A program made the position numbers and the translations under genes. From Kudoa neothunni (Eukaryota; Animalia; Cnidaria): a stretch of 64,000 nt of DNA. How positions within the stretch are numbered: the stretch's first letter is position 1; every line of letters starts with the position of its first letter. This document shows positions 35,701-50,129 of this stretch, in pieces. The notes under the pieces are model-generated. The model was not told where the DNA came from. It did not search any database and worked only from the letters and a program-made list of their open reading frames with translations. The DNA is taken from positions 16,413,469-16,477,468 of the forward strand of contig OZ199838.1 in assembly GCA_964304625.1 (NCBI GenBank), in the 5' to 3' direction.

Positions 35701-36833
35701 ATTTACGTTGTTTGTTGAACTCGTGTATGATTCACTTGAATTATTTTAACTAACATGTAATGGTAGCATTCTCACCCTTTTTTAACAACAATTATCTTAA
35801 TACAAATCCTTACTTCATGTATCAATATCTCCTTATATTTTAATTTCGTCGCTACAATATTCTTTTAATTTTAGGGTGTAAAATAATTATTCAAATATCT
35901 TAAATGTGGCGGGGGTTACGTTCTAATTTATTATATTGATGTACTCTGTAAAATTAAGTTTATTCGAAATTCGAATAATCATAAAAACCCGTAGAATCTA
36001 ATCGGTATTATAATTAAATTATTACTAAGAGTAAGAGATTTTTTATGGCAGTATGCAAAGTATTTAAAATCAATCAATTCAGTTTTAATGATTCTTAAAG
36101 TTTTTGACTTTAGCATTACCGCGCGTATGTGATGAAATATTTAATGTGTAATTATCTTTGAAAGCGTACGTGTTTTGCAAAAAAACTTCTTGGTAATGTA
36201 GAAAAATATTATGCAAATAAGTTTATACAAAAACACTAAGTTCTATATGGGCTATTTTACTCGGGGGTATCCGATTTTGGTATACTCTGATGGTTAAAGT
36301 AGAGGAACTTCATAGGTTTTTCTGTGATAAAAATACGCGAATAGCGCTTGACAAGGAATTAACAACATAACTGAGAATTAGTCACCACAAATAAAGGAAA
36401 AATATCGAAATTATATTGTTTCTTCTTTGTTCAAATATTGTAAAATTATTAAAATTAAAATAAATTTTAGTTACACTGTATGGAAATTATTTATAAATGT
36501 GTTATTTTATTTTTTACCTGTATAAGAAAATTTTTAGCCACCAAAGTTTAACGAACTTAATTATAAAAAAAGTAAGGTTAGATGATCTCAAAAATGTTAA
36601 ACGTTTACATAAATTCTTTAATCTTTATTTGAGAGAATTTTGTTTAAAAATATTAATTATAAATTTATCAGGAAAAATAAGTTCAAAAAAATAAAATACA
36701 AAATTTTTCAATCATGTGAATATATATAAAATTGGATTTATCGATGTATCAAATCCTATTGTTATGTTCATATGAATATCAATAGTTAAATCGAAATATA
36801 TAGCTTAATCTGATTTACTCTCTATACCAAAAA

Positions 36834-39781
36834 ATGAAAACTCAATTAGTCTCAGTTATTTTATTGATTGCATTTGCATGTAATTTATTTATATTGATTA
36901 TTTTATTAAATTCGTTTAGTTGTTAATATAAACAGCGCTGTTGAAACCAAACAAGCACCTCAAATTCCTACAAAAATACTTTCGTACGACATTGTAGAAA
37001 GTAAAGTCCATTTGGTTTTGACTGGATCAGATTATGAAACGGATTCAAAAAAATGTCTCATAAGAAAGGAGAACGATAATGGAAATGGATTTGATCAGAT
37101 ACATCCTTGTGTAGCTAGCGATGGAACCGATGGGACTGACAAGTGTGTACGCGCTTGTTCAGGAAATGACAATAAAATAGCGTTTAATGTGCTTTCACCA
37201 AGAACAAGATTTATCTATGTATATTCCGGAGCGCAAGCTTCAGAGATTCAAGCCAAAAATAATGGCGGAGAGGTTTTTGGACTAGCTATTCGTAACTTGA
37301 ATAAAATTATTCTTTTTTAATTTGAAGTAGCGCTCTTGGTAAACCCAAGAATCACGATATCCACAGATGCAACATCCAAAAAATTAACGCTTGCAGCCAA
37401 GACGTGTAAAAATGTTGACTGTCCTATTGTTTATAAAGGTATTCAATACGCGGCTGGTACAATGGGAGACAATTGCGATTCTGATAACAGCAATAACAAA
37501 GTTGATTTTGACCTTATGATTCCTCACTACGAGATGATATGTACGAATTACCCAAGCTTCTTTTATCATATGCCAAATCCGTACATGAAAGAAAATATTG
37601 ACATATACAAACCACAATACTACGTCACTTACAAAAAAGATGACACTGCTAAGAAAAATTATATCCTAAAATTCACCAACTCATTTCCTTCCGAAATTTG
37701 TTTATTCAGTATTAAAGACGCGTCAAGTTCTGCAACTACCAATCCTTACGAATCTGTGTGTGGGGGTGAAGCTGATAAAATGTGTTTTGCACCTTGTGAT
37801 ACTGTTGAATTAACACTTACTGTTTCCAAACGAATCGTTGAAATATTAATTCAGACTAGACATCATAATTCAAGAGAAAATGATGGAAACATTGAGGGCT
37901 ACAAGGAGAAAAAATATGGTATGATTTTTATTATGAAAATTTAGATATTTATTTATTATAGCTATCGAGGAGCCTGAAGCCGCGAATACACTTTTTAGTG
38001 CGCCAACAACTGCGGGTATTACACTTAGCCCTTCTGCATACAACCCAACCACTGGTGCCGATACAGTCAAGTTCAGTAAATGCGCTTTAAAATATTTTCC
38101 TGCGGACAAACTCAGAAAAGCTCAAGGGGACGATTTGCAATGTTCCGAAAGTGCTGCCTGTGGAGATGTTTGTGAAACAGCGTCTGTTATACAGGAGCTG
38201 ACTGCAGGGAAAGCATACATAATTGAGATCACTCCGACAACTATATCTGATCACACAGAATTTAAAGAATACCTATTTTTCAGAACAAGTAAGGAATATA
38301 TTCATAACACTCATTAAATTATTTTTAGAAGAATCTGGTACATTAACCTTCGCCGACACAGCACCCACAGCAACCGACGTGACTGCTGCAATTAAAGCGG
38401 TTGATGGTGACGTGGTAAAAACAGTAACAACTGAACCGACTTGCTCATATTATGTAAGTATAAAAGATAAAAACACGTTCGTAGAGGCAGAATGTGAAGA
38501 CAGCAACCCATGTAGAGGATTCTGTAAAGATACTAAGAAATTGATAAATCTAGACCCTAAAACAAACTACGATATTAAAGTTGTTTCACACCAAAACTAT
38601 GGAATCAAAATATTTGAAAATATTCCAACTAGTAAAAAATTTTTTAATTTAAGATAATATAAATTATATTTGTTAGCTTGGTCAACCATGACTCTTTCCT
38701 ATAGATTCCTAGATAAAGGGTTTAAAGTGGCTGGAACTTTGACATCCGTTTATCCACGAGCAATATGTCACTACAAAATAAGAGAAAAAGACGGAGAGAC
38801 TCTAAAAGATGTTTATTCCTGTCCAGAAGTTGTCCCTCCGTCGCCGTCGGTCAGTCCAGTCACTGAAGATATTGCTGCTCCTCCTTCACCTACTCAAACT
38901 CAGGAAACGAACCAACCTACGCCGGTTAACAGTTCAAATTTGTCTAGAATAAAGATAGCAAGAGCAAGTAATGCAGAAGAAGAGAATTCGACATCCACTG
39001 AACCCGCCATTACTCAATCTAAGTTTCCACCATGTAGCAAACCACCACTCTGCAGCAATATAATAATTAGTGATGGTTATGAGGCTAATAAAGAATATCA
39101 AGTATTGGTGACGGCTGTAGACCGATCAGAAGAAGTTACAATCAATATTCCTAAAAGTACTATAACAAAATTAATATAGAAATTTTCTAAATTGTCATAT
39201 AAATATAGATTCACTCCCAGAACCATCTCAAGATACAAACAAACAAATTACGGTAGTTATAGAGAGAGTAGGAGATACGTTAAAAATCACGTCATTGCTT
39301 CCAAAAGAAAAGGATGATAATTCAGTATGTCGATGGATACTGAGAGACATCACTGATGTTTCCCAACGAATAGTGAAAAAATGTGATTCCAGTAGAAGTA
39401 AAGTTTGCAAACTTCCAACTTGCAGATCATTCACTATTGAGGATGTAAGTGATACAAATGATTATCATTTAACTCTTATTCACTCCCGAGATTCCAATGT
39501 TAAAGGTGTTGGAATAATAAAACGAGGTAACTAACAATTAATAATAATAATAATTATTATAATAATTAATAATTTAGGAGAGACCTCTAATCAATCCAGG
39601 TAAAAGTTATATTTTAATGTTTAACGTATTACATTTTTAGGGCGAGCACCTCAATGTATTAAATTTTGGGTTAATATGTTGGGATAAGTTTTCATTTAGG
39701 ATTGTTGGAATTATTGTTCCAGTCGCTATTGTTATTGTAGGGGTTGGATTTTACTTTGGTTATATGAAGAATAAAGGATAA
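36834..39781 (+). CDS. Variable surface protein, array copy 2 (intact)
   Basis: Same 10-exon structure as copy 1. Signal MKTQLVSVILLIAFA; C-terminus IVGIIVPVAIVIVGVGFYFGYMKNKG*. Confidence 0.9.
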
Positions 39782-41196
39782 CTTTGATTAACTCAGTTAA
39801 ACATTTGGAACATATTACATTATTTCTTATTAGTTTATAATTAAATATATTATAAATATTCCTAAATTTATTTACCAGTAATTATCTATTTTATTTGAAA
39901 AATTGTTAGTATAATATTCGATATTAATTTAAGTCTATCAATAAAATAATAAATGTATATTGGCAAAATAAGTTGTGATAATTTTATCAATCATTTATGA
40001 ATGAAATTAAGTTTATAATATTTAATAGGATAATTTGAAGGTATAAAATTTTTGTTCACGTAAATGGTTTATAAATTTATTCCTAAGGATTATTAAATCA
40101 ACACTAACACTCTAAATTAAGATTTATGTGTAATATCTCAATAAAAGTTGAATTAATCTAGTTTTTATATACTTTTGTAAATCATTATAGATCTCGAGTA
40201 TTTTGTTCCAAACTTATTGAGGGAAGGTTTAAGTATTATTAATTTTTCTGAGCTTTATTTGTCAGAGACAATTTTGGGTGGTGCACAAAAGTGTGCTTTC
40301 AGCTTATTTAAGGAGTGATTATAGCCAGTAAACTACCAATTATTACTGAAAATTCCAATATCTATCTACAGAATTTGAAAATAAAACAAATCTATAAATT
40401 ATTGAACAATCTTACAATGATTCGGGAGAATAAAATTTCATTTGTTTAAGTCAAAACCAAACATAACAACCTTTCTAAATTGAATAACCGATTATTTGGA
40501 CATTATAGTTATTTTAACTCCCCCCCCCCCCCCCCGAATTAGATAGGTTCCATTTGGACCCCAAACGATATTATGATGCATTTTTCTCTGATTCATTTTT
40601 AATTCCCAGCGCTATATCTCAATTATTTTTCTTTCGAATATAATTCTATACAAAAATATTATAGAAATAATTTTTTAATTTCTTAGCAAAAATTAAAAAT
40701 AAAATAATCTTCCGATGAAAATGGGTCCTTAATTTACCCCATATTTTATTTAACCTTCCAAGCATTTTTGGGGTCCAAATAGACCCCAGACCCACTTTAA
40801 CCTCAATTCATTGCTTACTGAAAACGTTAAATTGGCGGTAATGAAGGAGTATACGCCTCACCGAATTCGACCTTTTGTACATGTCCTACATTCCTGATTT
40901 TTATTTCATTGTTTAAAACACATTTTTTAAATATTGAGAGAAGTGAAAAAATACACAAAATCAAAATTTTGAAAATACCCGAAAATATTCAATCGGGAAA
41001 TTTTGGTACTCACGCACGGGCATGCGCATAAATACTTTTCATCAATTTTTGAACTTTCTAAACATTCAAAAATATCTGAAACAATTTAAATCAATAAGTT
41101 AGTCTTTACTCTCTCAGAATTTTGTACAGTTCGTCAAGTAACATGAGATTTTGAAATGTTATCAACAATGCATCGTAGAATATATATATATATATA

Positions 41197-43155
41197 CAGT
41201 CGAGATTGGATATTGCGTGATTCGGTATTTCGTAATTTAAGATTTTCGATATGAAGATATTTACATTGGGACTTAATTTTAGAGTTATATCATTACTTTA
41301 TTTATTAAATTAATTATATAGAATAAAAATGAAAAAATATTTTTTCTACGTGCCTCTGATTTAGTATTGCGTAACGTAAATTACCAACGTGACTCGATAT
41401 TGCGTGATTTCATCTTCAATATGTCCAGGGAGCAGCGTGAAATTTCTGAGAAAATTAGAATAATACAATATTACAATTCAATAAAATCAATAAAGGGCGC
41501 AAAGAAAATGACGGTTGAAAAGTTTAAACTTAATGGTATGATTATTTTTAATCGATAACAATTTATTTTTTAAAGAACATTCAACGCTTGGCAGGATTCT
41601 TTCTCATGAAACCAAGCTGAAAAATTCAGATGTTGCAGGGAATAGGAAGAGGCATTCAAATGGAAGATTTATCAACATAGACGAAGAAGTTTATGAATGG
41701 TTTATCAAAAAACGCACCAATGGTCACATTTCTGGTGACGTAATACTTGAAATAGCCACCATAATTGCCAGAAAGAATGAATTCAAAATTTTAAAGCAAG
41801 CAGGGGTTTAAAAAAGGTTTGGAATCATTTTCAAGCATTTTCATGGTGAAGCTGCAAGCACTAACGTCGAGTCTATTGATTCGTGGATCTATGAAAATAA
41901 AAATTTGATAAGCATATACAGCCCAAAAAATATAATCAATATTGACGAAACTGGTTTGTTTTATGAGAAATTACAGAACAGCAGTTATTTATTAAAAGAA
42001 GAAAATGACATTAAAGGTAAAAAGCTATCGAAAAAAAGAATAACGATCTTGGTATCGTGCTCTTTAAGCGGAGAAAAGTTGCCCTTAGTCGTAATTGGGA
42101 AATACCAAAACCCCAGGTGCTTCAAGGGAGTAAAAAATTTACCTTATGAGTATTATGCCCAAAAAAATTCTTGGATGACATCTGCTATTTTTTTTCCAGA
42201 TACTGAAAAAATTAAATTTTAAAATGGAGTTAGAACAACGAAAAATACTAATCTTGCTGGACTAATGTCCAGCACATCCCAAAGATATCACTTGCTTTAG
42301 TAATATAAAGTTTTTCTTCTTACCTAAAAATACTACAAGTGTTTTACAGCCACTCGATCTCGGAGTGATTAATTGTCTTAAAAGTAGATTAAACAAATAT
42401 TGTGTAGCCATATGGCATTATGTGATGATTCGTTAAATAATAAATTTACATTACTTAATGCAATTTTGACACTCCAAGAAGCATGGAACAGTATTCCACC
42501 TGAAATTATTGTCAACTATTTTAAAAAGTCGGGCATATTTAGCGAAAGTAAAAGCTAATGCGAACTTCAAAAATTAATCCATTATCATAGGAGATACAGA
42601 GACGGAAACAAATGATAAAATTTTCGAAGATGAACAGAGTATAAATATACAATGAAATTTTAATATTTTTATAGTCGAGGAGGAAACATGGGAGACCAAC
42701 TTTGATGATGATAACGGCGATGTCTTATATCAACAGTGAATCCAATTCAGAACGAAATCGAATCTGATGAGGAAGAATCAAAAGTTCCAATAAAAATATA
42801 AAGCACGCCGTAAGTACATTAAGGAAGGTGTTTATTCAGGAAGAACCACCTGGACTCATCGATCTTTATCCGATAATGGATCGAATTTTAAAAATATCAT
42901 CTCAAAAATGGCACCAAACTAAAATTACTTCATTTTTTCATAAAAATTAATAATTTTGTCTGGTTGAGTTATATAAAATTCCTTATATTTATTTTATTTC
43001 ACTAGCAATGATTTAAAGTAGGAAAAACGCATAAAACAAGTTTAAATCGAATATTTTTACAAGTGCACATGTACGTGACTCGATATTGCGTAAAACCTTT
43101 TTATTGCGTAGTTTTTCCTTGGTTCTAAAAATTACGCAATATTGAATCTCGACTG
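41197..43155 (+). mobile_element. pogo/Tigger element nested in the Merlin element; transposase disrupted
   Basis: TIRs CAGTCGAGATTGGATATTGCGTGATT / AATTACGCAATATTGAATCTCGACTG flanked by TA. CENP-B-type HTH (IDEEVYEWF) and DDE_1 motifs NIDETGLFY, RITILVSC, LPKNTTSVLQPLDLGVI, with stops and frameshifts. Confidence 0.9.
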
Positions 43156-43612
43156 TATATATATATTAGATTTAATCAAAAATTAATATGGAATTATAAA
43201 AACATTTATTTAAATATTTTTAATTTTTATAGTTCATTAAACATTCTAATTAATGATTGAACTTAGAAATAATACCTCGTGAGTATGATTTTATTTATTT
43301 TATTCTAATTCCATTGGATATTTCTGTTGGAATCGCGCTCTAATAGAATATAACACGTTGTAATTTTGTTTACATTCCATATGAACTCGACTGCGCAGAT
43401 TTTATTGAATCTTCATGTGTAGTCTGATAAAAACACACTGAAACGCACTTTCATAAGTATACAAATTATCATCAATCTATGATTCAACTTAAATATCACA
43501 CCAAAAATTTAAACACATTGAAAAATGTAATTATATATTTTATTTTTCGATTTCTTTAACGAAATTATCTAAATTGAATATATTCATATACGGAATGTTC
43601 TGACTGATTATT

Positions 43613-43646
<34 letters not shown>

Positions 43647-44038
43647 GTAGGATATATGGAGTTACAGTTTTCAAATCTACATGATAAAATTGATTTTCTA
43701 TATTCTAGTATATATATATATATATATATATATATTACAATTGTTTGTGCAATATTTATGTATTGATGCTATAATGTTAAATATGCATATAGTATGAACA
43801 AATTTTATGTTATTAATTGGATCCTTTGCAATATAAATTTAATGTGAATTAATCATCCAAACCTAAGGTAAAACATTTTAAACTTTCCTCAAAAGTAAAT
43901 TCTTTATTTTTAAGATGTTTCTGTAATTAACGGTGCTATCTTTTGATAAACATAACAATTGATATATATATATATACACTCTATTCACATAAAAAGTAAA
44001 TACTAAATAATATCGAAGAAAAAGTAATAAATTTCAGG

Positions 44039-45181
44039 TTAATGTATAGAGTTTATATAAGAAATTGAGCTCAAAATGAACTCGAAGAATTCCCACGTAT
44101 TTCTGTGTTTTGATCTTGGCCATTCTACGTGCAAGTAAGAATTAAGCATAGATCTAGGCACCCCATTCATTCTGCGTAGTATCTTCGTTTTTAAGTGATG
44201 CCAGACCACTTCTACTATATTTGTGTGGTTATCATCATCCACGTATTGTAAAGAATGGTTTGTTTTTATACGATTATAGCCAAGCAAGCTTAGTTTGCAA
44301 TATCCCTTCCACTCGTCAGTAAATATTGTGGCTCCCTCATTTATCTCTTGCGAGATTAACGAGTTAAGAGTGTGTTTGTCTCTTCTCTGAACGTTGAAAA
44401 AACGAGATTCAAGCAGACTACGTTGGTCTTTGCCGTCCACGGAACATTCACAAACTCCGACTACCCAGGGCCGTCAACCCGGTTATCATAACTTTCTCCG
44501 GTAGACTGCGTCTCAGAATCATCATCAGACTCAGAGTCACTAGGTAGATAAGCATCGTCAGGGGCATCGTGTCTCCAATGATCCATTTGGAGGTATCGGT
44601 CCTATTATTCTTCCGTTTACCTCTCAGTAAACTTTCGTCGATCTCAAAAATAGTGTTTTTTCACCAAATTTCTCGCGACCATCGAAAGTTCGAGTATAAA
44701 CACTCCTGAGGGAATAAAACCAAAACGAAACAGTTTTATTACTGGTGTCCATCAAATTCATTGTGGAACATCTTTGTTCTCCAACACACCACAGATAAAC
44801 AAGTTAGAATATTTGGGATATTGTCAGTTTCGATGAGTTTTGTCCCAAACAGTTGGTTATGACAAAAAAAGTGTTGTTGCGTGGTGAAAACGTTGTTCTA
44901 CAATTTTTTCTCAAGAATATAAAAAAAGTAATATATAATTCTATAAACTTTAAGCATTTATAGGTTATTCTTTCGAGCGCATCGTAAATTAAAGCATTAT
45001 CAGGGTCGGTCGATCTCCTTTTTCGCTGAACTATGTTCACTTTCATAGTGTTGTATTTATGTCAATTTTTACATCTGGTCGGAATTTCTTGGATCAATCG
45101 TTTCGTGGTTAAATAAACGATTGACGCCTTATTATCCAACAATAATTTATAAAATTGTCGTTGATTAGAGGTATCGCTCAT
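44039..45181 (-). pseudogene. ISXO2/Merlin transposase pseudogene
   Basis: FEIDESLL, GATIFTDEWKGY, NHSLQYVDDDNHTNIVEVVWHHLK, LNSYL motifs; several frameshifts and stops. Confidence 0.85.
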
Positions 45182-45790
45182 CTTACCACATTAGTTAAAT
45201 AGCGTCAAAAATGTAACGATTTTTTAACGCGAATCTTACGTTAGTGACAAATTTTAAAACTTAAACTTTATTGGGTAAATAAACGGTAGAACAATTATAT
45301 TAAACTAAAATTCGACTCTTAATAAAAAGTCCATGAATCGATTATATTAATAAAATTATTTTTAATTTTGAAAAACGCGGTAAATATGTCAGGGTGTATT
45401 CATCATCATATTCACTAAATATTTTACATCGGTATTACGTCAAACAGTTTTCGAGCAAAACAATTAAATATGATCTTGCAAGGATAAATAATCACTTTCT
45501 TTATAAATTTCTGGGAGAGTGAAGACTTATTTATCGATTTAATTTGGTTTGGATATTTTTGAGTGTTTAGAAAGTTCCCAAGTCGTTGAAAAATATTTAT
45601 GCGCATATCCGAGCGCGAGTACCGAATTTTTCCGAGTACGTATTTTTGGGTATTTTTAAAATTTTGATCTTGTATATTTTCTCACTTCTCTCTATATTTA
45701 AAAATGTGTTTTAAATAATGAAATCAAAATCGGGAATGTAGGACATGTGCAAAAGGTCGAATTTGATGAACCGTATACTTCCCCATTACC

Positions 45791-46010
45791 TGCACATGAA
45801 GGTAAACCTTTTTGTTTGGCTAATTAATTTCTCTTCATGATTATCGTGAAGACGCATACTACAATCTTTTTGCTTCGTATTCACTCAATCCATTCGTATA
45901 CCTCTTCATCAACAGAATGAAATTGTCCTGCACACAAATAATTTCAATTTTTAGGTTCCAAAAACATTTATAGGTTTTGATGATTTTATTTTTCATCTCT
46001 AGGATGCCAT
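45791..46010 (-). mobile_element. Second pogo/CENP-B HTH fragment
   Basis: AGQFHSVDEEVYEWIE*IRSKKI parallels GRFINIDEEVYEWFIKKRTNG of the element at 41197. Confidence 0.45.
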
Positions 46011-47170
46011 TAAGAGTCAAGATAATTGATACTTTAAAACGTGATACAATGGCAGTTTTTGGATTATTAGATTGGAGACTTTCATAATAATTAGTAATAT
46101 CGTACTTTTCGGCAATAGATATAGTTTTAGGAGCGTTCTGACATTAAATATTGACTTAACTAAATAATAAACAAGAAGGACCAAAAAAAGTGCATGAAAT
46201 TTGTCAATCACGTGACTTTTAGTTATATTATTTAACAGCTTTTTAAAATCATTTTTGTACAAAGTTTGATTAAAATTGTATAAGAAACATATTATATAAA
46301 TAATAACCATCCGATATTCTAACTAAATTGGTATTTAAAAGGTGTGTAAAATTGGTTACTTACTGTATTATGATTAAACAATTACTAAGGGTGAGAGGCT
46401 TTTTTATGACAATATGCAAAGTATTTAAAATAAATCATTTCAAAATTAATGATTCTCCAATTTTATTAATTTTGGGCTTTACCGCGTATATACGAGAAAA
46501 ACTTTTTGGAAATGTAGTAAAATATTATGTCAATAAGTTTATGCAAAAAAACACTAGAGTCCATATGAACTCTATTTTACTCGAAGGATATCCAATTTTG
46601 GTTTACTTGGGCGATTAACGTTTAAGACACGTCATAAGCTTTTCTGTGATAAAAGTACGCGGATAGCGCTTGAAAAGGAATCAACGACATAACTGGGAGT
46701 TAGTCACCACAAATAATGGAAAAATAGGTAAAATGTCAAAATTATATTGTTTTTTTTTGTTGAAATATTGTATAATAATTAAAATAACATTTAATTAAAT
46801 TGTATAGAAATTATTTACACATATGTTACTTTATTTTTAACCTGTATAAGAAAATATTTCATCACCAAGTTTAAACGAATTCGGTTATAAAAAAAGTAAA
46901 CTTAGATGTTTTTTTAAATGTTAAACGTTCACTTTAATTGATAAATTCTTATTTGTAAGAGTTATGGTAAAGATATTGAATATAAGCTTACCTTGAAAAA
47001 CAAAAATAAGGTTAAAAAAATAAAATATACAATTATCCAATAGTATGAATATGAGTATATATATAACATGGTATTTATTGATGTATCAAATCCTATTGTT
47101 ATGTTCATATGAATATCAATAGTTAAATCGAAATATGCAGTTTAATCTGATTTAATCTCTGCACCACAAA

Positions 47171-50127
47171 ATGAAATTTCAGTCAGTTTCAGTTAGTTTA
47201 TTAATTTCATTTTTATGTAATTTATTTAGGTTGATTATTTCATTAATATCTTATAGTTATTAATACTAATCTCGCTACTGAAAATAAACCAGCAGCTCAA
47301 GCTCCTACAAAAATACTTTCCTACAACATTGTAGAAAGGAAAGTCCATTTGGTTTTGACTGGATCAGACTATATAACGGATTCAAAAAAATGTCTTATAA
47401 GAAAAGAGAAGAATGATGGAAATGGATTTGAACAGATACATCCTTGTGTAGCTAGCGATGAAACCGATGGGAATGACAGATGCGTACGTGTTTGTGCTGG
47501 AAGTGACAACCAAATAGAGTTTAATGTGCTTTCACCAAGAACAAGATTTATCTATGTATATTCCGGAGCGCAAGCTTCAGGTATCAAAGATAAAGATACA
47601 GGTGGAGAGGTTTTTGGACTTGCAATTCGTAATCTAAATAAAATTATTTATTTTCATTAATCCAAATTAGCGCTCTTGGTGAATCCAAAAATCACGATAT
47701 CCACAGATGCACCATCGAAAAAATTAACGCTTGCAGCTAAGACATGTAAACAAGTTGCCTGCCCCATTTTTTATAAAGATATTCAATACATGGCCGGTAC
47801 AGTAGGAGCAAACTGCGATTCTGATAATAGCAACAACCAAGTTGACTTTGACCTTATGATTCCTCATTATGAAATGATATGCACAAATTACCCAAGCTTC
47901 TTTTATCATATGCCAAATCCGTACATGAAAGAAAATATTGACATATACAAACCACAATACTACGTCACTTACAAAAAAGATGACACTGCTAAGAAAAATT
48001 ATATCCTAAAATTCACCAACTCATTTCCTTCCGAAATTTGTTTTATTCAGTATTAAAGATGCGTCAAGTTCTGCAACTACCAATCCTTACGAATCTGTGT
48101 GTGGGGGGTGAAGCTGATAAAATGTGTTTTGCACCTTGTGATACTGTTGAATTAACACTTACTGTTTCCAAACGAATCGTTGAAATATTAATTCAGAATA
48201 GACATCATAATTCAAGAGAAAATGATGGAAACATTGAGGGCTACAAGGAGAAAAAATATGGTATGATTTTTATTATGAAAATTTAGATATTTATTTATTA
48301 TAGCTATCGAGGAGCCTGAAGCCGCGAATACACTTTTTAGTGCGCCAACAACTGCGGGTATTACACTTAGCCCTTCTGCATACGACCCAACCACTGGTGC
48401 CGATACAGTCAAGTTCACTACTTGTACATTAAAACATTTTCCCGCTGACAAACTCAGAACAACCCAAGGAGAAGAAACGAAATGCGGAAATAATGATGCA
48501 TGCCAAAATAATTGTGGAACAGCGTCTGTTATACAGGGACTATCTGCAGGGAAAGCATATATAATTGAGATTACTCCAGGAAACATTCAAAATCTTTCAG
48601 GTTTTAAAGAATACTTGTTTTTCAGAACAAGTAAGGAATATATTCATAACACTCATTAAATTATTTTTAGAAGAATCTGGTACATTAAACTTCGCCGACA
48701 CAGCACCCACACCAACCGACGTGACTGCTGCAATTAAAGCGGTTGCTGGTGACGTTGGATCAGCAACAACTGAACCGACCTGTTCCTATTACGTCAGTAT
48801 AAAAGATAAAAACACGTTCGTAGAAGCAGAATGTGAAGACAGCAATCCATGTAGAGGATTTTGTAAAGACACCAAGAAGTTGATAAATCTAAACCCTAAA
48901 ACAAACTACGATATTAAAGTTATTTCACACAAAGACTATGGAATCAAAATATTTAAAAATATTCCAACTAGTAAAAAAATTTGAATATAACCTAATATAA
49001 ATTATATTTGTTAGCTTGGTCAACCATGACTCTTTCCCATAAATTCCTAGATAAAGGGTTTAAAGTGGCTGGAACTTTGACATCCGTTTATCCACGAGCA
49101 ATATGTCACTACAAAATAAGAGAAAAAAACGGAGAGACTCTAAAAGATGTTTATTCCTGTCCAGAAGTTGTTCCTCCGTCGCCGCCGGTCGGTCCAGTCA
49201 CTGAAGATATTGCTGCTCCTCCTACACCTACTCAAACTCAGGAAACGACAGAATCTAGGCTGGTCAGCGTTTCAAATTTGTCTGGAATAAAAATAGCAAG
49301 ATCTGGCAATGTAGAAGCAACTGATGCCACACCCACTGAACCCACTACTACTCAATCTATGTTTCCACCATGTAGCAAACCACCACTCTGCAGCAATATA
49401 ATAATTAGTGATGGTTATGAGGCTAATAAAGAATATCAAGTATTGGTGACGGCTGTAGACCGATCAGAGGAAGTTACAATCAATATTCCTAAAAGTAACA
49501 TATAAAGGAATTAATATAGATATTTTCTAAATTGTCATATAAATATAGATTCACTCCCAGAACCATCTCAAGATACAAACAAACAAATTACGGTAGTTAT
49601 AGAGAGAGTAGGAGATACGTTAAAAATCACGTCATTGCTTCCAAAAGAAAAGGATGATAATTCAGTATGTCGATGGATACTGAGAGACATCACTGATGTT
49701 TCTCAACGAATAGTGAAAAAATGTGATTCCAGTAGAAGTAAAGTTTGCAAACTTCCAACTTGCAAATCATTTACTATCAAAGAGGTAAGTGATACCAATG
49801 ATTATCATTTAACGCTTATTCACTCCCGAGATTCCAATGTTAAAGGTGTTGGAATAATAAAACGAGGTAACTAAGACTTAATAATAATATCAATTATTAT
49901 TATTATTATAATTAATAATTTAGGAGAGACCTCTAATCAATCCAGGTAAAATTAATATTTTAATATTTAATGTATTATATTTTTAGGGCGAGCACCTCAA
50001 TGTATTAAATTTTGAGTTGATATGTTGGAATAAGTTTTCATTTAGGATTGTTGGAATCATTGTTCCAGTCGCTATTGTTATTGTAGGGGTTGGATTTTAC
50101 TTTGGTTATATGAAGAATAGAGGATAA
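47171..50127 (+). CDS. Variable surface protein, array copy 3 (two +1 indels in exon 3: pseudogene or assembly error)
   Basis: Same exon structure. Extra T (about 48041) and extra G (about 48105) in homopolymers relative to the otherwise near-identical copy 2 tract. Confidence 0.85.
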
Positions 50128-50129
50128 CT

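Larger units (their letters stand above)
40837..45790 (-). mobile_element. Merlin (ISXO2/IS1595-like) DNA transposon with ~290-bp TIRs
   Basis: TIRs start GGTAATG (40837-41127 vs 45500-45790) and enclose a broken ISXO2 transposase. No clean TSD seen. Confidence 0.8.
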
